A stretch of DNA of 26,282 bases. Source: Candidatus Ratteibacteria bacterium (lineage in GTDB: Bacteria; Ratteibacteria; UBA8468; B48-G9; DTJG01). Of the stretch, positions 1 to 11,478 are shown piece after piece. The stretch lies in assembly GCA_049971295.1 (NCBI GenBank), contig JBMFLH010000023.1, positions 1-26,282 on the forward strand. Direction: 5' to 3'. The position numbers were made by a program, and so were the translations under genes. The notes beneath the pieces were generated by a model. The model saw nothing but the letters and a program-made list of their open reading frames with translations, was not told the DNA's origin and ran no database searches. Every line of letters begins with the position of its first letter. Within the stretch, counting starts at the first letter, position 1.

Positions 1-50
1 ACCGCTATATACGAGAACTTCTTGTGCTGATCCACTCCTATATATCGCAT
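1..50 (-). mobile_element. IS110-family (DEDD) transposase/recombinase, N-terminus only; runs off the left edge of the window
   Basis: Not in the ORF track. The minus strand from ATG at 50 reads MRYIGVDQHKKFSYIA, matching the N-terminal Y-I/V-G-I/V-D-x-H-K RuvC-like motif of IS110 transposases. GAGGA SD-like sequence just upstream; alternative in-frame ATG at 59. Confidence 0.7.
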
Positions 51-92
51 AGCGCTCATCCTCTTTTTTCTTCTTATTTTACTACCAGTGCA

Positions 93-115
93 CTATGCTT
101 TCATTATATCTCCTT
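93..115 (-). pseudogene. Orphan translation start (AAGGAG RBS + ATG AAA GCA TAG); probable 5' stub of a host gene interrupted by the IS110 element
   Basis: Minus strand reads AAGGAGATATA-ATG-AAA-GCA-TAG (RBS 115-110, ATG 104-102, stop 95-93), ~45 nt upstream of the transposase start. Confidence 0.4.
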
Positions 116-134
116 GAGTTTTGTTTTCTTGTAT

Positions 135-162
135 ATTTTATCAAAATAAATTTTGAAGTAAA
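135..162 (-). promoter_or_regulatory. Putative sigma70 promoter pointing toward the stub/IS110
   Basis: TTTACT (162-157), 16 bp spacer, TAAAAT (140-135) with extended TGn. The spacer is an inverted repeat TCAAAA-N4-TTTTGA (141-156). Confidence 0.4.
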
Positions 163-183
163 GAATATGGCATCAATGGAAAA

Positions 184-212
184 TTGAAAAATATTCACTC
201 TTGATGTATAGT
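184..212 (+). promoter_or_regulatory. Putative sigma70 promoter of leuS
   Basis: TTGAAA (184-189), 17 bp spacer, TATAGT (207-212). Confidence 0.55.
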
Positions 213-266
213 TAATTACTGTGGGATTTTGTTGTCAAAACTATGTGCATCTTACAGGAAACTGAT

Positions 267-2717
267 ATGAGGAAATACGAGCCGTCTTTAATAGAAGAAA
301 AATGGCGAAGGATATGGGAAGAAACAAAGGTTAATTATACCGATGTGAACAATACCACTTTAAAAAAATATTATTGCCTTGATATGTTTCCATATCCCTC
401 TGGGTCAGGTTTGCACGTTGGGCACTGGCGTGGCTACGTTCTTTCTGATGTTTGGGCTCGATACAAGAGACTTCAGGGATATCATGTTCTTCACCCGATG
501 GGATGGGATTCTTTTGGGCTACCCGCAGAAAATGATGCGATAAAAAAGGGTATACATCCCAGGATAAGTACAAAAAACAATATTGATAATATACGCAGGC
601 AATTAAAGGAAATTGGCGCAATGTATGATTGGACCAAAGAAATCAATACCAGCGATCCTGAATATTATCGCTGGACACAGTGGATTTTTCTTCAGATGTA
701 TCACAGAGGTCTTGCATACAGGGCAGAAATGCCAATTAACTGGTGTCCAAATTGTAAGACGGGTCTGGCAAATGAAGAAGTGATCAGTGGTTTATGCGAA
801 AGATGTGGAAGTATGGTAACCCGAAAAAGGTTAATGCAGTGGATGCTTAAAATCACTGCATACGCAGAAAGACTGCTTGCTGATCTTGACCGTCTTGATT
901 GGCCAGAAAAAGTCAAAACAATGCAAAGAAACTGGATTGGCAAGAGCGAAGGAGCAAGTATTATTTTTATGATTGATGGTAATGAAAGTAAAACACTGGA
1001 GGTTTTCACCACAAGACCCGATACTCTTTTTGGTGCTACCTATGTTGTGCTTGCACCAGAACATCCATTGACTTTTGAAATTACCTCTCCAGAAAAAATG
1101 GCTGAGGTTCAAAAATACGTTGAAGAGGCAACAACGAAATCAGAACTTGAGAGAACCCAGTTGGCTGGTGAAAAAACAGGGGTTTTTACTGGCTGTTATG
1201 CTATTAATCCTGTTAACGGTAGAAAGGTTCCTGTATGGGTGGCTGACTATGTGCTTGCTCATTACGGTTCTGGAGCAATTATGTCAGTTCCAGCTCATGA
1301 CCAGAGAGATTTTGAATTTGCGAAAAAATTTGGTTTGCCGGTAATTGAAGTGATACATAGTGAAATGGCTCAAAGAAATACGGATGGTTCCCTTACCATT
1401 GCTTACGAAGGTCCTGGAATTCTGGTAAACTCTGGACAATTTAATGGAATGAACTCAGATGAAGCGAAACACGCAATTACCAGATGGCTTGAACAAAAAG
1501 GAAAAGGGTCTTTCAAGGTCACCTATAAGTTAAGAGACTGGGTATTTTCGCGTCAGAGATACTGGGGAGAACCAATACCGATAGTATACTGTGACAAATG
1601 CGGTACAGTGCCTGTGGACGAAAAGGATTTACCTGTTGTCCTTCCTGATGTTGAATCATATAAGCCAACAGGAACCGGTAAATCTCCGCTTGCAGCGATT
1701 GAGAAGTTTGTTCATACTGTGTGCCCAAAATGCGAGGGTCCTGCTGAACGAGAAACAGATACAATGCCTCAGTGGGCAGGTTCTTCGTGGTATTTTCTGA
1801 GATATCCAAATCCTGATCTTGATACGGCGCCTTTTGACCGCACCATTGTTGATAGATGGTTGCCAGTTGATTGTTATATTGGTGGAGTTGAACATGCGAT
1901 TCTTCATTTACTTTATGCGAGATTTTTCACAAAGTTTCTTTTTGATATCGGTGCGATTGGATTTGATGAACCATTTTTGAAGCTTTTCAACCAGGGGATG
2001 GTAACAAAATTTAGTGAGAAAACAGGAAAGCTTGAGAAGATGTCAAAATCTAAAGGAAATGTTGTCAATCCTGACCCACTTGTGAAGAAATATGGTACTG
2101 ACACTGTGAGGTTGTATGAACTATTTATTGGTCCGCCCGAGCTGGATTCTGAATGGAATGATGCTGGAATAGAAGGTTGTTATAGATTTTTGAAAAGGGC
2201 ATGGGATTTCGTGATGTTGCATGTGGAGAAAAACTGTGATACCGACGATATTTCAAAAAGGCAATTGCATCTTCTTATCAAGAAGGTTAGTGAAAGAATA
2301 GAGGAATTCAAACTTAATACAGCTATCAGTGCCTTTATGGAATTTATAAAGGATTCATCTGAAACTGCTTGTTATTCAAAAGAAGATATTGCAAAATTTG
2401 TTGTGCTTCTTTCACCTTTTGTTCCTCATTTTAGCGAAGAAGTATGGCGGGAAGTTCTGGGATATCCTGATACAATCTTTAATGCCAAGTGGCCTGAATT
2501 TGATAACTTTATAATTTCTGAGGAAACTATTACCATTCCCGTACAGGTGAACGGCAAAGTTCGTGGAACAATTTCGATTAATAAGATTGCAACCCCTGAA
2601 CAGGTTTTCGAAACGGCGCTAAAGAATCAAGGTATTTTAAAATTTATAAACGGTAAAAAGATTATCAAAAAAATCTATATACCTGGAAAGATTGTTAATT
2701 TCGTGATTGAAAAATAA
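267..2717 (+). CDS. leuS: Leucine--tRNA ligase
   Basis: [14 protein letters not shown] (HIGH-type) and KMSKS motifs, editing-domain FTTRPDT and [30 protein letters not shown]-terminal QVNGKVR. ATG 267 (MRKYEP) is preferred over 243 because of an upstream AGGA. Confidence 0.97.
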   Translation: MRKYEPSLIEEKWRRIWEETKVNYTDVNNTTLKKYYCLDMFPYPSGSGLHVGHWRGYVLSDVWARYKRLQGYHVLHPMGWDSFGLPAENDAIKKGIHPRISTKNNIDNIRRQLKEIGAMYDWTKEINTSDPEYYRWTQWIFLQMYHRGLAYRAEMPINWCPNCKTGLANEEVISGLCERCGSMVTRKRLMQWMLKITAYAERLLADLDRLDWPEKVKTMQRNWIGKSEGASIIFMIDGNESKTLEVFTTRPDTLFGATYVVLAPEHPLTFEITSPEKMAEVQKYVEEATTKSELERTQLAGEKTGVFTGCYAINPVNGRKVPVWVADYVLAHYGSGAIMSVPAHDQRDFEFAKKFGLPVIEVIHSEMAQRNTDGSLTIAYEGPGILVNSGQFNGMNSDEAKHAITRWLEQKGKGSFKVTYKLRDWVFSRQRYWGEPIPIVYCDKCGTVPVDEKDLPVVLPDVESYKPTGTGKSPLAAIEKFVHTVCPKCEGPAERETDTMPQWAGSSWYFLRYPNPDLDTAPFDRTIVDRWLPVDCYIGGVEHAILHLLYARFFTKFLFDIGAIGFDEPFLKLFNQGMVTKFSEKTGKLEKMSKSKGNVVNPDPLVKKYGTDTVRLYELFIGPPELDSEWNDAGIEGCYRFLKRAWDFVMLHVEKNCDTDDISKRQLHLLIKKVSERIEEFKLNTAISAFMEFIKDSSETACYSKEDIAKFVVLLSPFVPHFSEEVWREVLGYPDTIFNAKWPEFDNFIISEETITIPVQVNGKVRGTISINKIATPEQVFETALKNQGILKFINGKKIIKKIYIPGKIVNFVIEK

Positions 2718-2750
2718 AAAAGGAGCCAGCATTTCTGAACCGGCTCCTAA
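2715..2750 (-). terminator. Intrinsic terminator for the MamI-like gene (possibly also serving leuS)
   Basis: Minus-strand RNA AGGAGCCGGU-UCAGAAAU-GCUGGCUCCU forms a 10-bp stem with two G-U pairs, followed by a U-tract. It lies between convergent stop codons. Confidence 0.75.
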
Positions 2751-2764
2751 TCTGTTTTAAATTT

Positions 2765-3001
2765 TTATTTCTGCTCGGATTGCTGTGACTTTTCTGCTTC
2801 CTGCTTTGCTTTTTCTTTTTCCTTTTTTTCTTCTATCCTATCTTTAATATCGCTGATACCTGCTGCGATCGCTATAATCCCGACAAGCAAAATAAAAAAT
2901 GGAACTGCTGCCTGAAGTCCTTTCACAAACAATGTCCACCACTTTACAATACCTATTAATCCCACGATTACCGCTATAATCCCGCCTATTAATGCGCCCA
3001 T
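2765..3001 (-). CDS. Small two-TM membrane protein, MamI-like, with charged C-terminal tail
   Basis: Strong RBS AAGGAGG (3012-3006). Two hydrophobic helices with the pattern GxxAxxxGLxGxxxWW..LxxAVP..GxxAxAAG, as I recall it for magnetosome protein MamI. Lys/Glu-rich tail. Confidence 0.7.
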   Translation of the reverse strand: MGALIGGIIAVIVGLIGIVKWWTLFVKGLQAAVPFFILLVGIIAIAAGISDIKDRIEEKKEKEKAKQEAEKSQQSEQK

Positions 3002-3040
3002 TCATCCTCCTTTTTTGCATGATATTCGAATGTTGTAATT

Positions 3041-3069
3041 ATTATTACATGATATCCAACATATGTCAA
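3041..3069 (-). promoter_or_regulatory. Putative sigma70 promoter of the MamI-like gene
   Basis: Perfect TTGACA (3069-3064), 17 bp spacer, TGn-AATAAT (3046-3041). Confidence 0.55.
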
Positions 3070-3071
3070 TT

Positions 3072-3947
3072 TTATGCTCTTGGATGAAATTTTTTATGTA
3101 CAGTTTTCAACTGTGTTCTTGATATCTGGGTGTAAATTTTTGTGGTGCTGATGCTTTTATGGCCGAGTAATTCCTGAATTACTCTAATATCCATTCCTGC
3201 TTCTAAAAGTTGCGTAGCAAATGTATGTCTGAGCATATGGGGCTTAAGATTAATCTGAAGTCCTGCCATTTTCCCTGCCTTATGAACAATTTTCCAGATG
3301 TTCTGACGGCTCATTGGTTTTCCTGTTTTCGTACCAAACATGAATTCTCCTGGTTCATTCATACAATGTTCAACAAGAGGAGTGATTTGTTCAGGAAAGA
3401 AAACAATCCTTTCTTTTCCACCCTTTCCGGTTACCTTTATCCAGTTTTCTTTCAGATTAATGTCTGTTTTTTTTAAGCCAGCGAGTTCTGAAATGCGCAG
3501 GCCTGTGGTGACAAGCAGTCCAAGAATTGTCAGATTTCTCTTGTTTATCTTATCTCGTTTTGAAACTTTCACGGAAATAACTTTATCGACATCCTGTTTT
3601 CCGATTATGGACGGTATTTTTCTTTCAATTTTCGGACTTTCAAACAGGTTAAGGATGGAAGGATTCACGAGCCCTTTGCTTACCAGATATCTGTAAAGTC
3701 CCCTGACAGCAGAGATGTTTCTTGCTATTGTCATCGATGAAAAATTTTTTCTTTTCAGGAAAATGGTAAAATCAAGAAGATTTTTTGCTTTGATGTATTT
3801 GTAAGAAATACGATTAACAGTTAAAAATTCGAAAAAATTTTTCATATCCTGTCTGTATGCCTGTAAGGTGTTTTGAGACAGATTTTTCTCTACAGACAGA
3901 AAAATTAAAAAATTTTCACCTATTTCGTTAAATTGTTTATATTCCAT
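3072..3947 (-). CDS. xerD: Tyrosine recombinase XerD-like
   Basis: TGLRISEL, GKGGKER, HMLRHTFATQLL, LLGH and IYT give the R-K-H-R-H-Y catalytic set. LSQNTLQAYRQD and MSRQNIW are XerD-like; ends FHPRA. Housekeeping context. Confidence 0.8.
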   Translation of the reverse strand: MEYKQFNEIGENFLIFLSVEKNLSQNTLQAYRQDMKNFFEFLTVNRISYKYIKAKNLLDFTIFLKRKNFSSMTIARNISAVRGLYRYLVSKGLVNPSILNLFESPKIERKIPSIIGKQDVDKVISVKVSKRDKINKRNLTILGLLVTTGLRISELAGLKKTDINLKENWIKVTGKGGKERIVFFPEQITPLVEHCMNEPGEFMFGTKTGKPMSRQNIWKIVHKAGKMAGLQINLKPHMLRHTFATQLLEAGMDIRVIQELLGHKSISTTKIYTQISRTQLKTVHKKFHPRA

Positions 3948-3951
3948 AGTG

Positions 3952-4599
3952 TCATGTAAAAACCAAAAATGGATTTGTTTCTATTTCATTGCCAATGGTT
4001 GTTTCGGGCCCGTGACCGGGTAGTACTATCATATTTTTATCAAGTTGTGAAATTTTATATAACGATTTGTATAGTAAACGTTCATTTCCACCAGGAATGT
4101 CTGTTCTCCCCACTCCACCGCAAAATAGCAGATCCCCTGAAAGAAGGAAATTTCCAAGTTTCAAGCACACACTTCCTGGAGTATGCCCAGGAGTATGTAT
4201 CACAGAGAGAATAATTTTTTCTGTGACCTTAATCACCTGGCCATCCTCAAGAAAAAAGTCAGGAGAATCTGAAACATACCCATCTCCCAATAGTGTTGAT
4301 AGGTTAAGTTCAGGGTTTTTTAAATACTCTTCATCGTTTTTATGTATTCCAAGCAGAACATGATTGTTCAGCAAGTTTTTAATATGATTTGCGCCAATGT
4401 GGTCATAATGTCCGTGGGTATTAATGATGTATCTGATATTGAGTTTTCTTTTTTCAATATGGGTTAAAATCGAATCTGCATCGGCACCCGGGTCAATCAT
4501 TAACGTGCTGTTGTCATTATCATATATCAAGTAACAATTCGTCGCCATCTGGCCGACCGTAAGTTTTATAATCTTAACTTCAGAATTTAATAAGTTCAT
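3952..4599 (-). CDS. MBL-fold metallo-hydrolase (glyoxalase II/YcbL-like)
   Basis: THGHYDHIGA (HxHxDH), HTPGHTPGS, SGDLLF, GRTD, PGHG. Confidence 0.9.
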   Translation of the reverse strand: MNLLNSEVKIIKLTVGQMATNCYLIYDNDNSTLMIDPGADADSILTHIEKRKLNIRYIINTHGHYDHIGANHIKNLLNNHVLLGIHKNDEEYLKNPELNLSTLLGDGYVSDSPDFFLEDGQVIKVTEKIILSVIHTPGHTPGSVCLKLGNFLLSGDLLFCGGVGRTDIPGGNERLLYKSLYKISQLDKNMIVLPGHGPETTIGNEIETNPFLVFT

Positions 4600-4602
4600 A
4601 AC

Positions 4603-6638
<2,036 letters not shown>

Positions 6639-6667
6639 TTTTATGTATGATTTGAAAAGGGGTAAAC

Positions 6668-8353
6668 ATGGCTGAGAGGTATGAACTCGGGCAATTATTG
6701 ATAATGAAGGGAGTGATTACACAGGAGCAACTTGACGAGGCTCTTGCCATTCAGAGGAAGACAAAAAAGTTTCTGGGAGAGATTCTTGTGGAAAACGGAT
6801 ACGTTTCACGAGAAGCTCTTCTTGAGTGTCTGACAGAGCAAAAAAGAGCTGACTTTATAAGATTATCAAGAGTAAAAGGTATTAAACCAGAGGTTGTAAA
6901 ACTCATTCCTGAAATAATTGCGCGCAGATATACTGTTCTTGCCATTGCTCTTTCTGAAGATGTTCTTGTTGTTGCAATGAAGGATCCCACAGATATTGTT
7001 GCAATTGATACAATAAAAAGAATTACAGACCAAAAAATCAAGGTAGTTAAGGCCGATGAAAAAGAAATACTTGAAAGAATAGATAGATTTTACACCAATA
7101 CCGGAGACCTTACCGAAACTATAGCGGCTCTTGAAGATGTCAAAGAGGCAACAGAAGAAGAAGTTGATGTCAATCAATTAAAAATCGCTGCTGAAGACGC
7201 ACCCATTGTAAAATTTGTCAATACTATCTTTTTCCAGGCAGTTGAAAAAAGGGCGACTGATATACATCTTGAACCGACGGAGGATAGTGTGTCCCTCAGG
7301 TTCAGAATTGATGGGGTGTTACACCAGATGCAGGGGCCTCCAAAAACTTCTTATCCCGGGATTGTTACACGTCTCAAAATTATGGCTTCGCTTGACATAG
7401 GAGAAAGGAGATTACCCCAGGATGGACGTATCAGAATTCTTGTTGGCTCGAAAGAACTTGATATCAGAGTTTCAACGCTTCCAACGATTTTTGGAGAAAA
7501 AATTGTGATGCGTATACTTGATAGAGAAACAGTGCTTCTTGGAATGGAACAACTGGGTTTTGAACCAGAAGAATTGAAAATTTTTCAGGAAGCTCTTATG
7601 AAACCCTACGGGATGATTATTGTGACTGGTCCAACAGGTAGTGGAAAGACCACAACATTGTATGCGGGATTGAGTTACATCAACTCGCCTGATATCAACA
7701 TAATCACGATTGAAGACCCGGTTGAATATGCAATTCCCGGGATTAATCAGGTCCAGGTGAAACCAAAGATCGGTTTGACTTTTCCTGCGGTACTGCGTAC
7801 CATTCTCAGACAGGACCCTGACGTAATCATGGTGGGTGAAATAAGAGACCTCGAAACAGCGCAGATAGCAATCCAGGCGTCTTTAACCGGCCATCTTGTA
7901 ATATCCACGCTTCACACAAATGATACAGTGTCTTCTATTACCCGTCTTTCCAATATGGGTGTTGAACCATATTTACTTGCTGATTCTTTGAACATTATCC
8001 TTGCGCAACGGCTGGTAAGAAAAATTTGCCCGAATTGCAAGGAAGAAGACCCTGAAGCAGAAGAATTTCTTAACAAGCATGGTATTTCCCTTGATAAGCA
8101 TATTGTTCTCTACCGGGGCAGAGGTTGTGGTGATTGCGATAATAGTGGTTATCGTGGCAGAATTGCGATTTATGAGATTTTGAATATTTCAAAGCCCATC
8201 AGGAAAAAGATTGTTGAAAAAGCATCAGACGATGAAATCCGAGATCTTGCCAAACAGCAGGGTCTTGTTACATTAAGAGAAGCAGCAATTAAAAAGGCGA
8301 TCACCGGAATTACTACAATTGGTGAAGCTCTTTCTTCAACCATTTCTCTGTAA
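6668..8353 (+). CDS. pilB: Type IV pilus assembly ATPase PilB/GspE with N-terminal MshEN-like repeats
   Basis: Walker A GPTGSGKTT, TIEDPVEY, LRQDPDVIMVGEIRD, TGHLVISTLHTN, CPNC...CGDC zinc site, ERRLPQDGR. Confidence 0.92.
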   Translation: MAERYELGQLLIMKGVITQEQLDEALAIQRKTKKFLGEILVENGYVSREALLECLTEQKRADFIRLSRVKGIKPEVVKLIPEIIARRYTVLAIALSEDVLVVAMKDPTDIVAIDTIKRITDQKIKVVKADEKEILERIDRFYTNTGDLTETIAALEDVKEATEEEVDVNQLKIAAEDAPIVKFVNTIFFQAVEKRATDIHLEPTEDSVSLRFRIDGVLHQMQGPPKTSYPGIVTRLKIMASLDIGERRLPQDGRIRILVGSKELDIRVSTLPTIFGEKIVMRILDRETVLLGMEQLGFEPEELKIFQEALMKPYGMIIVTGPTGSGKTTTLYAGLSYINSPDINIITIEDPVEYAIPGINQVQVKPKIGLTFPAVLRTILRQDPDVIMVGEIRDLETAQIAIQASLTGHLVISTLHTNDTVSSITRLSNMGVEPYLLADSLNIILAQRLVRKICPNCKEEDPEAEEFLNKHGISLDKHIVLYRGRGCGDCDNSGYRGRIAIYEILNISKPIRKKIVEKASDDEIRDLAKQQGLVTLREAAIKKAITGITTIGEALSSTISL

Positions 8354-8356
8354 GCC

Positions 8357-9583
8357 ATGGCAAAATATTTTTATGTTGCAAGGGATTCGTCAGGAAAACG
8401 GCATCAGGGTATGGTGGAAGCTGATTCAAACTCTGCTGTGATGAATGTTTTAAGAAAGCAGCAACTTCTGCCTGTTGAAGTACGGCTTGTAAGCGAAAAA
8501 GGAAGCCTGGTCGCCATTACAGAAAAAAAACAGGTCAAACAGAGAGGAAAGGTTTCTCTTCCAGAAATGGCTTTGTTTTCAAGGCAACTATCCACAATGC
8601 TTGAGGCAGGAATTCCGATTCTTGATGCTGTCGGTGATCTTGCTTCTCAGACGCCGAACAGGTTTTTTTCTTCTGTTCTTTCAGTTATAGCCAGCAATAT
8701 TAGAGAAGGAACCAGTTTTTCTCAGGCGCTTTCAAAGTATCCAAAGGTTTTCAGTCCATTGTATGTGGCTCTCGTGGTTTCAGGTGAAGAAAGCGGTAAT
8801 CTTGTAGAGGTTTTGAAAGACCTTTCATCAGAACTTGAAGATCAGCTGACCCTTTTGAGAAAGGTTCGTCAGGCAGTTAGTTATCCAGCTGTGATACTGG
8901 TATTTTTTGTAGCAGTGGTTGCATTTGTTTTCTTATATCTTGTGCCAAAGTTTCAGGAAATTTTTGAAAGTTTTGGCGCGCAATTACCACTGTTTACAAG
9001 GGTTATCTTGCAGATAAGTAGGTTTTCACTGAAGTTTTTTCCTTTTTTGTTGGTTGGACTGATTTTACTTGGGATTTTTCTTTCCTGGTACAGCAGGACA
9101 AAATCTGGCAGCAGAAAAATCGATGGTCTAAAATTGCGGCTGCCGGTTTTTGGAGATCTTTTTCTCAAAGTTGCTTTAGCACGATTTTCCCGTTCGCTTG
9201 CGACTCTTCTTCAGGGAGGAGTCAGTATTGTTTCAGCCCTTGATATTGTTGCCAGAACAGCTGGCAATACAATCCTGGAGGATTACATCATCAGAATCAG
9301 GCAGGGTGTCATAAAGGGCGAATTGCTGGGTGACGAAATGAAAAAATACAGATTGTTTCCAGCAATGATGGTAAGGATGGTAAGAGTTGGTGAAGAAACA
9401 GGAAGAACCGATGATATGCTAACCAGGGTTTCAAAATTTTTCAGAGACGAGGTTGATGTAACCCTAAACATACTTTCATCAATACTTGAGCCAGTGTTGA
9501 TTATCGGTCTGGGTGTGATTGTTGGTACGGTTGTGCTTGCTATTTATCTTCCAATTTTCAAACTTGCAGCTACTGTTCGTTGA
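8357..9583 (+). CDS. pilC: Type IV pilus platform protein PilC/GspF
   Basis: FSRQLSTMLEAGIPI, GEESGNL, AVSYP, GEETG, LEP...AIYLPIF; three TM segments. Confidence 0.93.
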   Translation: MAKYFYVARDSSGKRHQGMVEADSNSAVMNVLRKQQLLPVEVRLVSEKGSLVAITEKKQVKQRGKVSLPEMALFSRQLSTMLEAGIPILDAVGDLASQTPNRFFSSVLSVIASNIREGTSFSQALSKYPKVFSPLYVALVVSGEESGNLVEVLKDLSSELEDQLTLLRKVRQAVSYPAVILVFFVAVVAFVFLYLVPKFQEIFESFGAQLPLFTRVILQISRFSLKFFPFLLVGLILLGIFLSWYSRTKSGSRKIDGLKLRLPVFGDLFLKVALARFSRSLATLLQGGVSIVSALDIVARTAGNTILEDYIIRIRQGVIKGELLGDEMKKYRLFPAMMVRMVRVGEETGRTDDMLTRVSKFFRDEVDVTLNILSSILEPVLIIGLGVIVGTVVLAIYLPIFKLAATVR

Positions 9584-11369
9584 GAATCTTTTTCAATTCC
9601 TGTGGTAATGGATAACCAAGTTTCATAGCATGCATAATATCTTTTGTTGCGGATTTTTTGTCTCCTCTGGCGAGCAATGCGACTGCTCTATAAAAATATA
9701 ATTCTCCTTTTGCAGGATAGATTTCAATTGCAGCAGAAAAGTCTTGAATAGCCATGTCAATGTTTTTGTTGATCAAAAAGGCGATACCACGATTTTTTAA
9801 TGCATCAACATACCTGGGATTTAATCTCAATGCTTTGTCAAAATCCCTAAAGGCAGAGTCCCATTTATTAAGGGATGAATACAATACCGCGCGATTATTG
9901 TAGGTAGTTGGATAATCAGGTTTCAATTCAATGGCTTTATTAAAATCCGAAAGTGCATGTTGGTAGTTTTTTATGGACGCAAAAAGAATTCCTCTGTTAT
10001 TATATGCCTCAACATACCAGGGATTAATTTTTATTGCCATTGTGTAATCACTGAGAGCGTTTTTAATATCACCCTTTTCTGCATAGGCGAGACCGCGATT
10101 CAGATATGGTCTTGCCTTGTTTGGGGATTTACTGACCGTATCATTCCAGAGGGTCAAGGCGTCCTTCCACACATTATTTCTTTGATATGTGAGAATGCCA
10201 TAGAAGCATAAAAATAATATCAAAAATGTTGTTGCAACAGACCTTTTTCTTGCAATATTATAAAGGAAAGATGGCAGGAAAAGAGCAAAACCTATTAAAG
10301 GGAAATATAATCTGTGTTCTACAACAAGATCTGGTTTTGGAATAATACTTGACTGCGGCAACAGAGATATAATGTAAATGGCAAGTGAAAAAGACAGGAT
10401 TCTGTTTTTCTTGAAAAGCAAGAGACAGAGAAGCGCGACTGTAAGCATCAACATGAAACCTGCGATGGTCGCGGGTGGCGAAAGGATGGATTTTGAAATG
10501 TTAATATCATAATCAAGATTTTGTTTCAAAGGCAGAAAAATCAGTTTGAAGTATATTAAGAATGCCTGTCCCTGAGTAAGAAAATAGTCCTTGCGTGTAA
10601 TAATTTCACTGGGTGGTCCTTGCATTGAACTTACTGATTGTAGTTCGGAAATATTTATTCCATGAGCAAGTAACAGCGTTGCCGGGATGATAGAAAATAA
10701 GAAAACTGAATAAAGGATAACCTTCCATGTTTTTATTATGCAGTTTAATCTGTTTCTGAACCAGAAAAAATATATTAAGATAAGAAATGGAAAAATTATC
10801 GCAATTTCTTTTGTGAACATGCCTGAAATTGCGAAAACAGAACACATCACAAGCCAGACCCATCTGTTTTTTTCACATTCCATTACCTTAATCCAGCACA
10901 GGAAACCAGAAAGGATAAAAAATGTTGCAAGACAGGTATGGCGTTGGTAGATATAGGTGACTGCCTGAGTTTGTACAGGATGCAGAACAAATATTAAGGA
11001 TGAAAAAAGGGCAACAACCATTGCCATATTATTTTTAAACATGCCAGAAAAGATTTTTTTTGCGATTCGCCATACGAGAAGACCGCAGCCGATATGAATG
11101 AGTAAATTAACAATGTGGTAACCTGTAACATGGAAATTGTGAATTTTGTAGTCAATGGCAAAAGTTAAATAAGTGATAAATCTTGTTGGCCAGTATGTGA
11201 ATAGCTCACTGATTTTTTCAAGATGCAGAATTCTCCAGTTGTTTGTAATACATGCAATGTCATCAAATTGAAATGGGACAGAAAAAGTATTTGAATAAAC
11301 AAGGAATGTAGAAAAAATAATTATAATCGTCGAAACTAACCAGTAAAATCTATATTTATTAGAAGCCAT
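9570..11369 (-). CDS. TMTC-like (GT-C fold) membrane glycosyltransferase with C-terminal TPR repeats
   Basis: First-loop acidic motif FQFDD, YHIVNLLIH, HPVQTQAVTYIYQR, TKE, EHRLYFP and WKDALTLW across many TM segments, then ~6 TPRs (AYNNRG-type). This is the TMTC1-4 architecture. Confidence 0.8.
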   Translation of the reverse strand: MASNKYRFYWLVSTIIIIFSTFLVYSNTFSVPFQFDDIACITNNWRILHLEKISELFTYWPTRFITYLTFAIDYKIHNFHVTGYHIVNLLIHIGCGLLVWRIAKKIFSGMFKNNMAMVVALFSSLIFVLHPVQTQAVTYIYQRHTCLATFFILSGFLCWIKVMECEKNRWVWLVMCSVFAISGMFTKEIAIIFPFLILIYFFWFRNRLNCIIKTWKVILYSVFLFSIIPATLLLAHGINISELQSVSSMQGPPSEIITRKDYFLTQGQAFLIYFKLIFLPLKQNLDYDINISKSILSPPATIAGFMLMLTVALLCLLLFKKNRILSFSLAIYIISLLPQSSIIPKPDLVVEHRLYFPLIGFALFLPSFLYNIARKRSVATTFLILFLCFYGILTYQRNNVWKDALTLWNDTVSKSPNKARPYLNRGLAYAEKGDIKNALSDYTMAIKINPWYVEAYNNRGILFASIKNYQHALSDFNKAIELKPDYPTTYNNRAVLYSSLNKWDSAFRDFDKALRLNPRYVDALKNRGIAFLINKNIDMAIQDFSAAIEIYPAKGELYFYRAVALLARGDKKSATKDIMHAMKLGYPLPQELKKILNEQ

Positions 11370-11418
11370 TTTTGATTTTTGAATAGTTTATCACAGAATT
11401 TAAATTTTGATAATGAAT

Positions 11419-11448
11419 TTGACAATAATGATTTAGATGAAGTAGAAT
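11419..11448 (+). promoter_or_regulatory. Putative sigma70 promoter of the pilin operon
   Basis: TTGACA (11419-11424), 18 bp spacer, TAGAAT (11443-11448); AAGGGGG SD before GTG 11479. Confidence 0.6.
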
Positions 11449-11478
11449 TTATTTAACAATAGAAAGGGGGTGATTTAA

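Noticed and set aside
213..266. T-box riboswitch upstream of leuS
   Set aside because: The leader is only ~50 nt from the predicted promoter and has no T-box (UGGNACC) antiterminator motif.
3072..3947. Tyrosine recombinase as a phage/island integrase or pilin invertase
   Set aside because: Size and motifs are XerD-like, it lies in a ligA operon, and I saw no att sites, tRNA or invertible repeats.
4177..4198. Short tandem GGAGTATG repeat
   Set aside because: It simply encodes the conserved HTPGHTPG motif of the MBL hydrolase.
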